Shown piece after piece: positions 11,607 through 23,229 of a DNA stretch of 64,000 nt; the stretch's first letter is position 1; each line of letters opens with the position of its first letter. Location of the stretch: assembly GCA_951804945.1 (NCBI GenBank), contig OX638161.1:15190001-15254000 (forward strand). The letters are read 5' to 3'. The translations under genes and the position numbers were made by a program. Source of the DNA: Podarcis cretensis. Lineage: Eukaryota. The notes under the pieces were generated by a model. The model was given only the letters and a program-made list of their open reading frames with translations, was not told where the DNA came from and did no database searches.

Positions 11607-14554
11607 CTGAGGAGGAAGGGCCATTAAGGAGAACAACATTGTATTCTACCCCCTAGAAAAAGATAAGAGTAGAGGAACAGGAGCACAACCTAACTCAGGC
11701 AGTATATACATTGCTGGCTTAAAACTCAGGAAGGCGTTTCTCAATTCAGATCATATCTGGGTTGGGAAAGAACGCATCAACACATTGTGTTTCAAAAGAA
11801 ACAACAGGGAGCTATTGATTATAGCTAAAATCATTTGTACACTGCTTCTCAAGCCAGTGGTGGGCTAGTACTGCATGTGGAATAAATGGGAGTGTGGACA
11901 CAACCTCACAGTTTCAACACTTGGATGGGGGAGAAGAGAGAAGGAGGGGGAAAGAGGCCACACCCAGTTATCAAACCAACTTTGAGCACTTGTTAGGTCA
12001 CCAACTTTTAAGCAGCTGCTGCAGCTGTGCCCTAAACAGCAGCCTGATCAGCAGACAGTAGCAAGTGATCACACTTATCTTCACACCGTGGAAAAAGCTA
12101 ACTTAAAATTTACCTACTGATTTCTGCAGATCAAGCACAGGAACAAGGTTGATCAGCCGACAATTTAAGTAAGCTGTGTCAGAAACTAATTGACAGAGGG
12201 ATTAAAATGAGGCAAAAAGAGATGGGGCCCCACAATTAAGGTAATGTTTGTCTAATGTTTGCATGAACCAACAAGCGCTCAGGTTGAGGAACAAGCCTTC
12301 TTTTCTCCCACCCCAGCTTTTTCATATGCTCGCTGCTGAAGCAGTACTGATGCCACAAACAACTCTGCAACATCTCAACAGGTTTATCCTGCAGGACACC
12401 TGCTAAATATGCTTGACAATTCTGAAACTGAATGAGCAAGACAGAACATGTGCATTAAAAAAAATAATATGCACACATTGTACAGAAGCAAACTTTTTGT
12501 ATAGCGAATCACATAAATTACCTGGTAGCACTTGCTTATGTCATTCCAGCCTCCCTGGTAAGGAAGAGGCTGGAACTACATCAGTCTTTTGGTCCAATTA
12601 AGGCTACGGTTGCCAATTGACAGAAAAGAGACCCACCCCGGTGCATTTAGCAGCAGACTGACTCACAAAAATACAACTCAGCAAATGAGGCATTTCAGTG
12701 GAGAAGAATGTCTGTTGATCAATCTGCTGAGCCACGGGAGTCAGAGCTAGTAAGACTGTCAGCAATCCTAATCAAGACCCATGCAGAAGAGAGTGAGGGA
12801 AAATCTCCCCGGCAACCACCCCATACCAATGAAAAGCTCTTCCATCCATTGCTCTAGCCTGCCACCTTCTGGCAAGGAAAAAGCATTGCGCTATTTCATG
12901 CAGAAAAGAGGTTTGCCTCTATAATGCAGTGTTATCGATTGAAATCAAGGTGATTTAAATCACTCTGGGAAAAAGACCAATTTAAATCATTGATTTACAT
13001 CAGGTTTCCCATTTTGAAATCCATCATTTTCTGAGCAAGCATGCACTCTTAACTAGTTGCTCTAATAACTGGAGCATATTGGTCTGCATCTAAATAGAGC
13101 CTATATGTAGCACAGGAAAATGCCTTATATTGGCCCACCTAGCCAAGTAGTTTACTCTGGCTGGCAGTAGCTTTACGGGCTCCAACACAGAGAACTTGCC
13201 CACCGCCAGATCCCTGATCCTTTAAACCAGAGATTGAACCTGGAATCTTCTGTGTGCTAAGCACACTTTTTGCCAGAGCTAAAATCCCTACCCTAAACCT
13301 CAAAGTAAGTTGAAAGCAGAACTCAAATCCTTTGGCGTTGCAACCCATATTTTAGGATAAAATAGGTTTAGATAGGTAAAGGACCCCTGACCATTAGGTC
13401 CAGTCGTGGCCGACTCTGGGGTTGCGGCGCTCATCTCGCTTTACTGGCCGAGGGAGCCGGTGTACAGCTTCCGGGTCATGCAGCCAGCATGACTAAGCCG
13501 CTTCTGGCGAACCAGAGCAGTGCGCGGAAACGCCATTTAGCTTCTCGCCGGAGCATTACCTATTTATCTACTTGCACTTTTGACGTGCTTTCAAACTGCT
13601 AGGTTGGCAGGAACAGAGACCGAGCAACGGGAGCTCACCCCATCGCAGGGATTCGAACCGCCAACCTTCTGATCAGCAAGCCCAAGGCTCTGTGGTTTAA
13701 CCCACAGCGCCACCCGCGTCCCTTTTAGGTTTAGATCTATCGAGATAAAATATAAATACAAGTTTTCATGAAGATTAAAAAAAGGTTTGCTGATTCATGC
13801 AAAAAAACAGAATCGAAAGGATTTATGTCTGAATGTATGCAAAATGGACACAGACTAAAATAGACACATCTATCCCTAGCTCTGTCTCTCATCATTTTAT
13901 ACCCTCCATGCACGCCAGAATCTGCCCCATGTTCTCTTCTTTACCTATTATACAGGATGATGTCTAGTACTGAGCTGTGAGATCCAGGTTTGTATCACTG
14001 CTCAATTACAAAGCTCACTTGGTACCTTCAGACAAGCACCTTCTTTAGCCCAAATTGCCTCCCAACTGTTACAAAGGTACAAAGAGAGCATCAGACAACC
14101 CACCCTAAGCCTCTATAGCAGGACAGGAAATTTTATATTAAGATTCAACAGGACCTTGGGGTGGGAGAAACTTTCAAGTTGCTTGGAATGAAGAAGCACA
14201 CAAATTGTGTATTCCAACCATACAGGATGCTTTTAGGGAATCCCGGGAACTGTTAATTTTTTAATTTTTATTTTTGTGGGGGCGGTAGCAAGATTTCTGC
14301 TAGGCTGGGCACATACACAGGGGGAAAACCATACCCTTTAATTCAAGATGCAAAAAAACCCCATAAAACGTCAGCTCACGGAAGTTGCCTCTCTTAGGTA
14401 GGGAGCCCTGGTGGGAATCAAGGAGCCACACTGGTAAAAATATTTGGGAGAGTTCTTTCTTCACTGTCAGACTAGATGTTTCTTTTGCAAGACACAATCT
14501 ATCTTTGCAAAGCCATCTGCATGAACACCCCACTCCAGATCAGAAAAAGGATAC
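11607..14554 (-). other. DBF4B: U12-type (minor spliceosome) GT-AG intron of DBF4B
   Basis: 5' site GTATCCTTTTT; branch site TCCTTAAT at 11630-11623 close to the AG. Confidence 0.9.
13374..13722 (-). mobile_element. Sauria SINE, subfamily A
   Basis: Full length; flanking repeat taggtttagat. Confidence 0.92.
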
Positions 14555-14624
14555 CATCTATGTGTATAATCTGTACCCCACAGGATCGCGAAGTGGCAAG
14601 GATGCTGTTGCCACAGGTGGTATC
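14555..14624 (-). CDS. DBF4B: DBF4B coding exon 5 (DTTCGNSILATSRSCGVQIIHID), followed by a U12 donor
   Basis: (TTTC)n-cag acceptor, 70 nt. Resembles human SSLLTNARSWGVRILHVE. Donor is GTATCCTTTTT. Confidence 0.92.
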
Positions 14625-14626
14625 CT

Positions 14627-14628
14627 GA

Positions 14629-14666
<38 letters not shown>
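14627..14666. repeat. (GAAA)10 microsatellite
   Basis: Read directly; abuts the DBF4B exon 5 acceptor. Confidence 0.95.
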
Positions 14667-14668
<2 letters not shown>

Positions 14669-15554
14669 AGAGAATGTATTTAGCAATTACTAATCAGAGC
14701 ACCTATAACAAATCAGGTGGGGCAGAGAGAATACTTTTCACGAAACAGGTGTAGGACCAAGGTAACTCATCGACTCAAAGGTTGTCTTGCCAGTACTCTG
14801 CTGTCTCAGGAAGGCCAACCCCCAGCTTTCTCATGGAGCAATAGACTACCACTAATAGTGACTGGCGTTTGTCTGGCATACAAGCTCATACCACCTAGAT
14901 TATCTTTGACGATAACCCTGAGAGCTTTCTGTCTCCCCTGCAGCACATGAAACTTACCTGCTTGGTGGGCATATTTCTGTAGTATGTCTGCTCTCTGGAT
15001 TGCATGGGGGAGACCTAGATTATTAATGTATCTATTTGTTTTGTCTGTCACCTGACACAAGGCAACTGACCATCACATTTGAAAACGTACAAAATCGTTA
15101 AAAACCACGACAATTAAAACCTAAACACTCTAATAAATATATGATAGAGAGGAAACATCTGCTTCCATGGGAGAGGGTGTATTATTAGCAACCCAACCCA
15201 ACACTAGCCTTGACTCATCTGGGTGAAATTTCATTGAAAGCCAGGATGAAAATTAAAGCCTGAACCTGGCACCCAAAAGATGTCAGTGTTGGTGCCAAGT
15301 GAGTCTCATTTTGAGAGCATTTCACAGGTATGGGGTGGGGGGAAACAAAAAAAAGGCCCTCTCTTTATTGTCATCTTTCAAGCTTCTCTCAGAAGAGGCA
15401 CAAGGAAAATGGCCTCAGATGACACTCGTAAGGTCCTGGTATAATCTTGCCAGGAGAAGCAGTAAATCAGGTATTGTGGTTCTGGGCTGTATAAATCTTT
15501 ATAGGTTAAAAGTAGCACCTTGAATTGGTCCCCCAAACCTATAGATAGGAAGCG

Positions 15555-15781
15555 CAGTGGTACCTCGGGTTAAGAATTTAATTCGTTCTGGAGGTCCGTT
15601 CTTAACCTGAAACTGTTCTTAACCTGAAGCACCACTTTAGTTAATGGGGCCTCCCTGCTGCTGCCGCGCCATCATAGCACAATTTCTGTTCTCATCCTGA
15701 AGCAAAGTTCTTAACCTGAGGTATTATTTCTGGGTTAGCAGAGTCTGTAACCTGAAACGTATGTAACCCGAGGTACCACTG
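15555..15781. mobile_element. MITE family 1
   Basis: TIRs CAGTGGTACCTCGGGTTA. Confidence 0.9.
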
Positions 15782-16039
15782 TACTAGTGTTAGTCCCATG
15801 GGTAATCTGGTGGCTGCATCGACACCAGCTAGCCCTATGTCCATCGCAGTAATCCAATCAAGAGGATACTGGAAAATAGATCACCACAGCCAGGTCATCC
15901 CTTCCCAGATATGGGTACAGCTGGACCACCAACCAAAGCTGGGGGAAGACACTCTGTGCCAGTGAGGCCCCCTGTGTCTATTACATTAACCTGTCTCAGT
16001 CGGGGTTAAAGCTCAGTTTTGAGACAGAGGGAGTACAAC

Positions 16040-16420
16040 CCTGTTGCTTTTGCTTAATCTCTCAGGGGCTTTTGATACCATTGGCCACGGTGTCCTGAAA
16101 GACTGCCTGCCCCTGTGCACTCCTATAAGACCACTTAGATCTGGGGAAATTCCACTCATGGGACTGCACCCTAAAGAACATTATTGTATTTTTGTTCTAA
16201 TGGAGATTGTTTTTATATTGCACATAGATTAGAGATTTTTTTACATCTGAATCAGGAGACGCAGTGACTGTTCTGAACCGGTGCCTGGATGTAATGGAGA
16301 GCTGGATGAGGGCCAGAAAACTAAGACTGAATTCTGGTAAGGAGGCGACTTTGCGAGGAAGTGATTCCCAGGCACAACAGATTACCAGTTCTGGACAGGA
16401 TTGCACTCCCTCTGGAAGAA
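16040..16420 (+). mobile_element. L2-type LINE reverse transcriptase remnants
   Basis: Peptides LLLNLSGAFDTIGHGVL and WMRARKLRLNSGK match L2/CR1-group RT motifs. Confidence 0.75.
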
Positions 16421-16426
16421 CAGGTA

Positions 16427-16597
16427 CAGTGGTACCTCGGGTTAAGTACTTAATTCGTTCCGGAGGTCCGTTCTTAACCTGAAACTGTTCTTAACCTGAA
16501 GCACCACTTTAGCTAATGGGGCCTCCCGCTGCCACTGCACAATTTCTGTTCTCATCCTGAAGCAAAGTTCTTAACCCGAGGTACTATTTCTGGGTTA
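16427..16597. mobile_element. MITE family 1, truncated
   Basis: One TIR plus internal sequence. Confidence 0.85.
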
Positions 16598-17205
16598 CCT
16601 GAAAGACCATCTGCCCCTGTACAGACCTGTTAAGATTGTTTGGATCATCTGGGGAAATTTTACTTGAGGCCCTGCACCCTGCAGAACATAACCTAAAACT
16701 GGGCATTAGCCGCTGCTGCCCCCATCCTTTGGAATATCCTTCCCTCTCTACATCATCCATAAGTTGCTTCAAAAGACCTATTTTTGCCCAGGTTCTCTAT
16801 GACTCATAAAAAAAATATTTCTGTTTTCTTATGATACTGTTTTATGTAAGAGATTTTAAATATTAAGCAGTTTTTAAAATGCTTATAAATAAATGAATAA
16901 AGCAACAGAAGAGGACCCTAGAGAATCCTCAGTGCCACAAACCTGATCCTTCCGGGGTGGTGCAGCCTCATTTAGAACAGGCTGAACTCCACTCATCTGG
17001 TCAGAGGAACCACCCACTAACTAGCAGCATCTCAGTCTTGTCTGGGCTGAACTTCTGCTCACCGAATTATTGTTCAGGTTAAATGTTAAGCAGGCGCTTG
17101 AGCTAGGTTACCTGATGGTTGCATTTCAACTCTGTTGTTTCATCCACAACTGTGACCCATCACCCCACCCCAAGGATGAACAAAGTGATTGGTAGGGTGG
17201 CTCAC

Positions 17206-17256
17206 CTGACCCCTGATGGCTTTATGCAAGAGCTTTTTCCCACGACTGATCAGGTT
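17206..17256 (-). CDS. DBF4B: DBF4B coding exon 4 (NLISRGKKLLHKAIRGQ)
   Basis: atgcag acceptor, gtgagc donor, 51 nt. Matches the SRGKxLLxKAI motif. Not in the ORF track. Confidence 0.93.
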
Positions 17257-17438
17257 CTGCATAAAGAGTTGGGGAAGGTGTGGGTAAGAATGGGGAGGGA
17301 AAAGAATTGGGACAAAGGAAAGAGCAGGTTAAAACAAATGGAGAAATCAGATTTCACTGGTCTTGGCAATGGGCTTTATCTGTTTGTATTTGCACTAGCA
17401 TTCGGCTTATTTGTGCGCTCTTAGTTCAGTTTAACAGT

Positions 17439-17787
17439 GGGACGCGGGTGGCACTGTGGGTTAAACCACAGAGCCTAGGACTTGCCAATCAGAAGGTTGG
17501 CGGTTTGAATCCCCGCGACGGGGTGAGCTCCTGTTGCTCGGTCCCAGCTCCTGCCAACCTAGCAGTTCAAAAGCACGCCAGTGCAAGTAGATAAATAGGT
17601 ACCACTCCGGTGGGAAGGTAAACAGCGTTTCCATGCGCTGCTCTAGTTTGCCAGAAGCAGCTTACTCATGCTGGCCACATGACCTGGAAGCTGTATGCCG
17701 GCTCCCTCGGCCAATAAAGCGAGATGAGCGCCGCAACCCCAGAGTCAGTCATGACTGGACCTAATGGTCAGGGGTCCCTTTACCTTT
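17439..17787 (+). mobile_element. Sauria SINE, subfamily A
   Basis: Full length; TSD ttagttcagtttaac. Confidence 0.92.
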
Positions 17788-17864
17788 TTAGTTCAGTTTA
17801 ACGGGTTTTGGGGCATCACAGCTGGACTTCTTAAAATCAGAAGTGGGAAGGGACGGTTGGACAG

Positions 17865-17902
17865 ATACATACATACATACATACATACATACATACATAC
17901 AT
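17865..17902. repeat. (ATAC)n microsatellite
   Basis: Read directly from the sequence. Confidence 0.95.
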
Positions 17903-19124
17903 TCAGGGAGCAGGAGCAGCTATGGCCAGGGATGAAAAAACAATAATGTCAAGGTCAGCAAATGGAATGCCCATCCAGATTTCCCCTTCTTAGAAAAGAC
18001 GTAAGTGACAGTAAGCACTTGAAAACCTGGTTTGGTTGAAGTGAGATTTTTTTTATGGTAAAATGGGGCTTGGCTGTCTGATGCTTGAAACCCTGTCCCA
18101 CCAGAAGGGTGTTTTGCATCCAAGGCAACGAAAGACCAATTTTTAAAAAATAAAAAATGCTTTTTAAAAAAAGCAGCTGCAGCCATTCTTCCCAGCTAGC
18201 CCAAACACTGGAAGAAAATGTTTATCTGTCTGATAAAACCTCTGCAGCTTATTAGGACTAAAGAGGCTCGTGCACATTTTTCTTCTTTTTAGCCTAAACA
18301 ATAAAGTTGGGGGAGGGCAGGAACCTCTGCACTGCTAAGTAAAACTGCTTTTGGGCAGTAGAGAGAGATAAAAAGGCTAAGCTAGACATGACAATTGTGT
18401 AAATTGGAAATAGTATGCACTTTGCTGTTTTTGCTATATAGCCTAAATAACATCAGGTCTGCAAAAAAATAAAAAATAAAAAATCTCCCCATTGGCGACA
18501 GTGATGGGTGATAAACATGGGCTTCCATCCTGATGTAAATAAAAGTAGGGGGGATTTTTGCTGGTACCATGGCAGAAGGGAAAGGGCTTAACTCTACTTC
18601 TGGGTCACTGCAGTCACTGCAGGCCTATATGTGGTTGTTTACAAAAAGATGCCCGCTTGTTTCATTCACGCTATTAACATCACATCTACCGGTAATTTGG
18701 TCCAAAGATGGACCAGTGTCCTGCCTCAAACAGAACCAGAGCCAGAGAACCCCTTCCCTTCCTTCATTCTTGGTCTCCAGCATTAAAAAAGAAAAGAAAA
18801 AGGTACTGGGAAACATGGAACAAGTGAAGTCCCCCCCCCCATGAACTAATCCATCTTTTAAAAATGTCAATTGAAAACATGCTTCAAAGCCCAGAGGTTT
18901 TCTTTAAAAATTCAGAGCAAACAAAAAAAAAAAAGGTTGCATGGCAAGGTTGATATTTAAGTAGTCTAGTAATTCTCATACTGAGCGCAGGGGCTGCTAG
19001 CATGCCACAAAAAGGAAGCTAATTTTTAGGGCAGTATTCAATGCACTTGTCCCATCAGCACAAGGACTTTTGCCCAGGCAATGGGATTTCCCCTCCCTCT
19101 CTTCCTGTACACCACTGTGGTGTA

Positions 19125-19335
19125 CAGTCATACCTTGGAAGTCGAACGGAATCCGTTCCGGAAGTCCGTTCGACTTCCAAAATAATTTGAAAACCAAACT
19201 GTGGCTTTGGATTGGCTGCAGGAAGTTCAGGTTCCAAACAAACATTTGCAAACCAGTACAATGGCTTCCGGCTTTGCCGCGTTCGGGAGCCAAAATGTCC
19301 GAGTTCCAAGGCGTTCAGGATCCAAGGTATGACTA
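19125..19335. mobile_element. Tc1/mariner-type MITE, family 4
   Basis: TIR CAGTCATACCTTGGA; internal palindrome ggaagtcgaacgga...tccgttcgacttcc. Confidence 0.8.
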
Positions 19336-19428
19336 ATTCCTAGAGTGTTGAACTTCAACATTGAAGATCAGAGTTCTTACCCCACTCAGCCACAAAGGCC
19401 ATGGACCAGTCACACTCAGCCTAACCTA

Positions 19429-19733
19429 CCGTCTTTTTCGCTCTATAAGACGCACTTTTCCCCTCCTAAAAAGTAAGGGGAAATGTGTGTGCATCTTATG
19501 GAGAGAACGCAGGCTGCGCAGCTATCACTGATGCCAGGAGAGCAAGAGGGATCGGTGCGCAGCGATCCCTCTTGCTCTTCTGGCTTCAGGGATAGCCACG
19601 CAAAGCCTCTTGAGTGCAGCGGGAGCGCTCCTGCCTCTTTGCTCAAGAGGCTTTGCGTTGCTTTCTTGTTTTCCTCCTCTAAAAACTGGGTGCGTCTTAT
19701 GGTCGGGTGCGTCTTATAGAGCAAAAAATACGG
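19429..19733. mobile_element. MITE family 2
   Basis: TIRs present; shares a TA with the adjacent family 1 MITE. Confidence 0.88.
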
Positions 19734-19735
19734 TA

Positions 19736-19977
19736 CAGTGGTACCTCAGGTTAAGTACTTAATTCGTTCCGGAGGTCCGTTCTTAACCTGAAACTGCTCT
19801 TAACCTGAAGCACCACTTTAGCTAATGGGGCCTCCTGCTGCCGCCACGTCGCCGGAGCACGATTTCTGTTTTTATCCTGAAGCAAAGTTCTTAACCTGAA
19901 GCACTATTTCTGGGTTAGCGGAGTCTGTAACCTGAAGCGTATGTAACCTGACGCGTATGTAACCCGAGGTACCGCTG
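19736..19977. mobile_element. MITE family 1
   Basis: TIRs with TA. Confidence 0.9.
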
Positions 19978-20224
19978 TACTTCACAGGGTTGTTGTGAAG
20001 ATAATATGTGGAAAGGGGAAGAGGTGTGTATGCCAACCCTGGATTCGTTGGAGAAATGGTGAGATATAGATACAATAACAAACAAACTTGTTCTGGGTTT
20101 CCCCCCAGCTCTCCAGATTTGAGGAGAGCACTGGTGGGGGGCGTGGGGGGGGGGAGTTGCATTGCGAAAAAATACATAAAACTCCTAGTCCTAGTCCCCC
20201 AACCCACCCTGCCACATCTCTTAC

Positions 20225-20398
20225 AGTGTCTATTGACTTGTGCAAGGGATCTCTTTGGAGCTCTGCTGCAGGCCGGGATCCAACTTGAGCATCCTTCAAC
20301 GCAGAACTACTTTGCTTTTCCATCCACCTCTCCCGCCTGGCCTCTTGGCTACTTGAGACAACGCAAGTCACTTCTTTGCTCAGAAAACTTTCAACAAC
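20225..20398 (-). CDS. DBF4B: DBF4B coding exon 3 (VVESFLSKEVTCVVSS...SIDT)
   Basis: ctccag acceptor, gtaaga donor, 174 nt, phase 0/0. FLSKEV motif-N segment. Confidence 0.95.
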
Positions 20399-21586
20399 CT
20401 GGAGCCAGAAACAAACAGGAAGACAGTTTCACAGCTGATCACCGGGGAATGGGGCACATTTCTTGCTTGGAATGATTAATGATGCACATTTCTTGCTTGG
20501 AATGAATCACGACAGCTGCACACACACACACCATACATTCAAAGCACTTTCCCCAGAAGAATCCTGGAAATGGTGGATTGTTAAGGGTGATGAAATTTGT
20601 AGTTCCATGAGGAGTAACTACAATTCCCAGGATTCTTTGGGAGAAGCCTATGGTGTGTCTGTGCTGCCAATCCTGCTAACAAACAATCCTAAATTGGGGA
20701 GGTTGACGGAAGACCAATAGTATGAAGGCTACATACACATTATACCTCTAAAGCATGTTTTCCCCTGCAAAGAATTCTGGGGACTGTAGTTTGTTAAGGG
20801 CTGCTGGAACTGGAACTCTGTGAAGGGTGAACTACAGCACCCAGAATTAATTGAGGGAAATAAGGTGTTTCAAACGTGCTTTAAAGGTACATCATGTGTA
20901 TGCAGGTGAAATTATCTGAGCCTGTCTTGTTCACACACATCATGCAATATTCACACAATGCCAAGTGGATTCCCTCAGCAAGCTATAATCAGTGCAACCA
21001 ACCAATGCTTCCAGTTCATATACCTATATTTTTTAACTCTGACTGGTAATTTGGAACAGTTGACAATTTTGTGGAAATGTCTTTCCTGTTCTGCTTCCAA
21101 AACTGCAGCGCCTTAAGGAAAAGACAACAGAATGCAAGGAAAAACTCGGTACGTCCCAGTTTCCCCTGCGGTTAAGTTGCAAGAGGGTGGCCAATAGTGC
21201 TGAACTTTGAAAAGACCATCCACATCTCTTGACTGAGCCAATAGCAAGCTAGCACGTTTAAACTGATGACTGAAATACACTGAATGCCGCCCCACCTACC
21301 CATTTCTGATCTAACTGTGCTACAGTGCTGAACTGGCACAAAGAAAAATGTTGGGACTCCTGCCTGTGTGGAAGCGACACCTGTTTCCCTGAAGACATTG
21401 CACTTCCTGGTGCAATGGGCAAACTCTGTCCACTCACGAATGAGAGACACTCATTCTGCATACGCTCAGAGGCATTCTAGATGGAGTCCGTGTCAAATTG
21501 GTTCTAGTTACAATTATGCCTGACTGAACTGTAACATTGGCTTTCCTAATGGAGACCAGTAAGAGAAACAACCCCACTGCACTCAC

Positions 21587-21756
21587 CCCACCCAGTTGCT
21601 TCACACTCTCTGCCAGAAACTCCAGATTCTTGCCCCTGGGGAGGTCCAGGTAGAAAGATTTCCCAACCAAAGGATGGCTTCTGGCTGAACGGGCAGCCTC
21701 TTCTCGTTTCCTTGTCGTTTTCAACTGGCTCTTCTGGGCGCGGCTATCTAGACTGG
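21587..21756 (-). CDS. DBF4B: DBF4B coding exon 2 (Dbf4 motif N start, HPLVGKSFYLDLPRGKNLEFLAESVKQLGG)
   Basis: tttgcag acceptor, gtgagt donor, 170 nt. Matches the Dbf4-N GKSFYLDLP...QLGG motif. Confidence 0.95.
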
Positions 21757-21840
21757 CTGCAAAGTAATGAGGGATGTTGTCCAATCACATTGCTTTCTTC
21801 TCTGTTTTCCTCTGCCAGGTATTTCTGTTTGCCACACCAA

Positions 21841-22165
21841 GAGCTGGTGTGGTGTAGTGGTTACGGCAGGGATAGCCAACACGGTGCCCTCCAGTTCTTG
21901 CACACTACGATACCCATCACCCCTGACCATTAGCAATGCTGGCTGGGGCTGATGGGAGTTGTAGTCAACAACATCGGGAAGGCACCACAGTGGTTACCCC
22001 AGGAGACTTGGGTTCAAATCTCCACTCAGCCATGAAGCTTACTTGGTGACCTCTCTCTGTCTAACCTACCTCACAGGATTGCTGTGAGGATAAAATGGGA
22101 AGAGAACAGTGTATACTACCTTGAACCCTTTGGGAAAAAGGTAGGGTATAAATGCAATAATTAAT
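21841..22165 (+). mobile_element. CORE/MIR-like SINE interrupted by a palindromic MITE
   Basis: tggtgtagtggtta A box, gggttcaaatc B box, ctaacctacctcacaggattgctgtgaggataaaatgg core. Confidence 0.7.
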
Positions 22166-22817
22166 AAATAGAATTTTGTAAATTGATGTGACCTTGCCCC
22201 TATGCTAAACATTTGTGAGATTGATGGTGTCCTATATATTGCATCTTTGCTGTTTATAGCTAAAGGCTTATTGTAATCATTCAGAGTGACTTGGTTTCAT
22301 TATTGGGTTGAAGCCAGAGAAAGTTACAGGGCAATCCTACATATGTCTGCTCAGAAGTGTGTATACTACACGGACGCTTGGGTTGCGAATGCGATCCGTG
22401 CGGGAGGCACGTTCACAACCCGCAGCGCCGCATCTGTGCACGCGTGGATTACAATTTGGCGCTTCTGCACATGTGTGAGTGCCAAAACCCAGAAGTAAAC
22501 CTGAAGCGTCTGTAACCTGAGGTATGACTGTACAATGTACAAATTGCAGCCTTAAGCCATCCTTTAAGATACAATGCTATGCATACTTATCCGGGTATAA
22601 GCCCAAATGAACACTGTAAGATTTACTTCTGAGTAAACATGCACAGGATTGTAGTATTAGTCCCTTTGAAACCAGTGGGACTTCAGTTGTGCCCACCGAT
22701 TTCACTGGGACTAAAGCACCCTCTACATCAAAACCATAACTTGCCAATATTCTGTTAGTAGATATTTTTTCACCATCTACTGAATTTTACATTACCTGAT
22801 TTAAAACACTACTCATG

Positions 22818-23229
22818 TTAGAAAAATGTTGGAATGGAGTTATATGGCTTTAGTAGAAATGTTATAAGGAATTAGGTATAAATAGATTATTAGAGTATTA
22901 AAGGAAAAATAAGGTTAGAATATGTTAAGATAATTATAGGACAGAAAATAGAGGAAGATGGAAAGGAATTGCTGAAACAATTAATAGAAGTGGAATACAA
23001 AAAGGGAGGTGTGAGGAGGTCGTTGAAACAAGTGAATGAAAGATAAGATACTGAAATTGTATGATGTGTGCTAAACTGTTTTTGTTTTGTTTTGTTTAGT
23101 TTATTGTGTTAGTGTTGTGTAATTTTTTATATTGTATTGTATTGTCTTTTTTTCTTTTTTTGTTTCTTTTTTCTTTCCTTTTTTGTAGTGTTTAAAAGTA
23201 ATAAATATTATTTTTAAAAATAATAATAA
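22818..23229 (+). mobile_element. L1-clade LINE 3' end (5'-truncated)
   Basis: 16-bp TSD taaaacactactcatg at a TTAAAA site; T-rich 3' region, AATAAA and an A/TAA tail. Confidence 0.75.

Noticed and set aside
12236-12439. 67-aa ORF as the missing DBF4B exon 6
   Set aside because: No similarity to DBF4B and no U12 branch site; the exon at 11554-11606 fits both.
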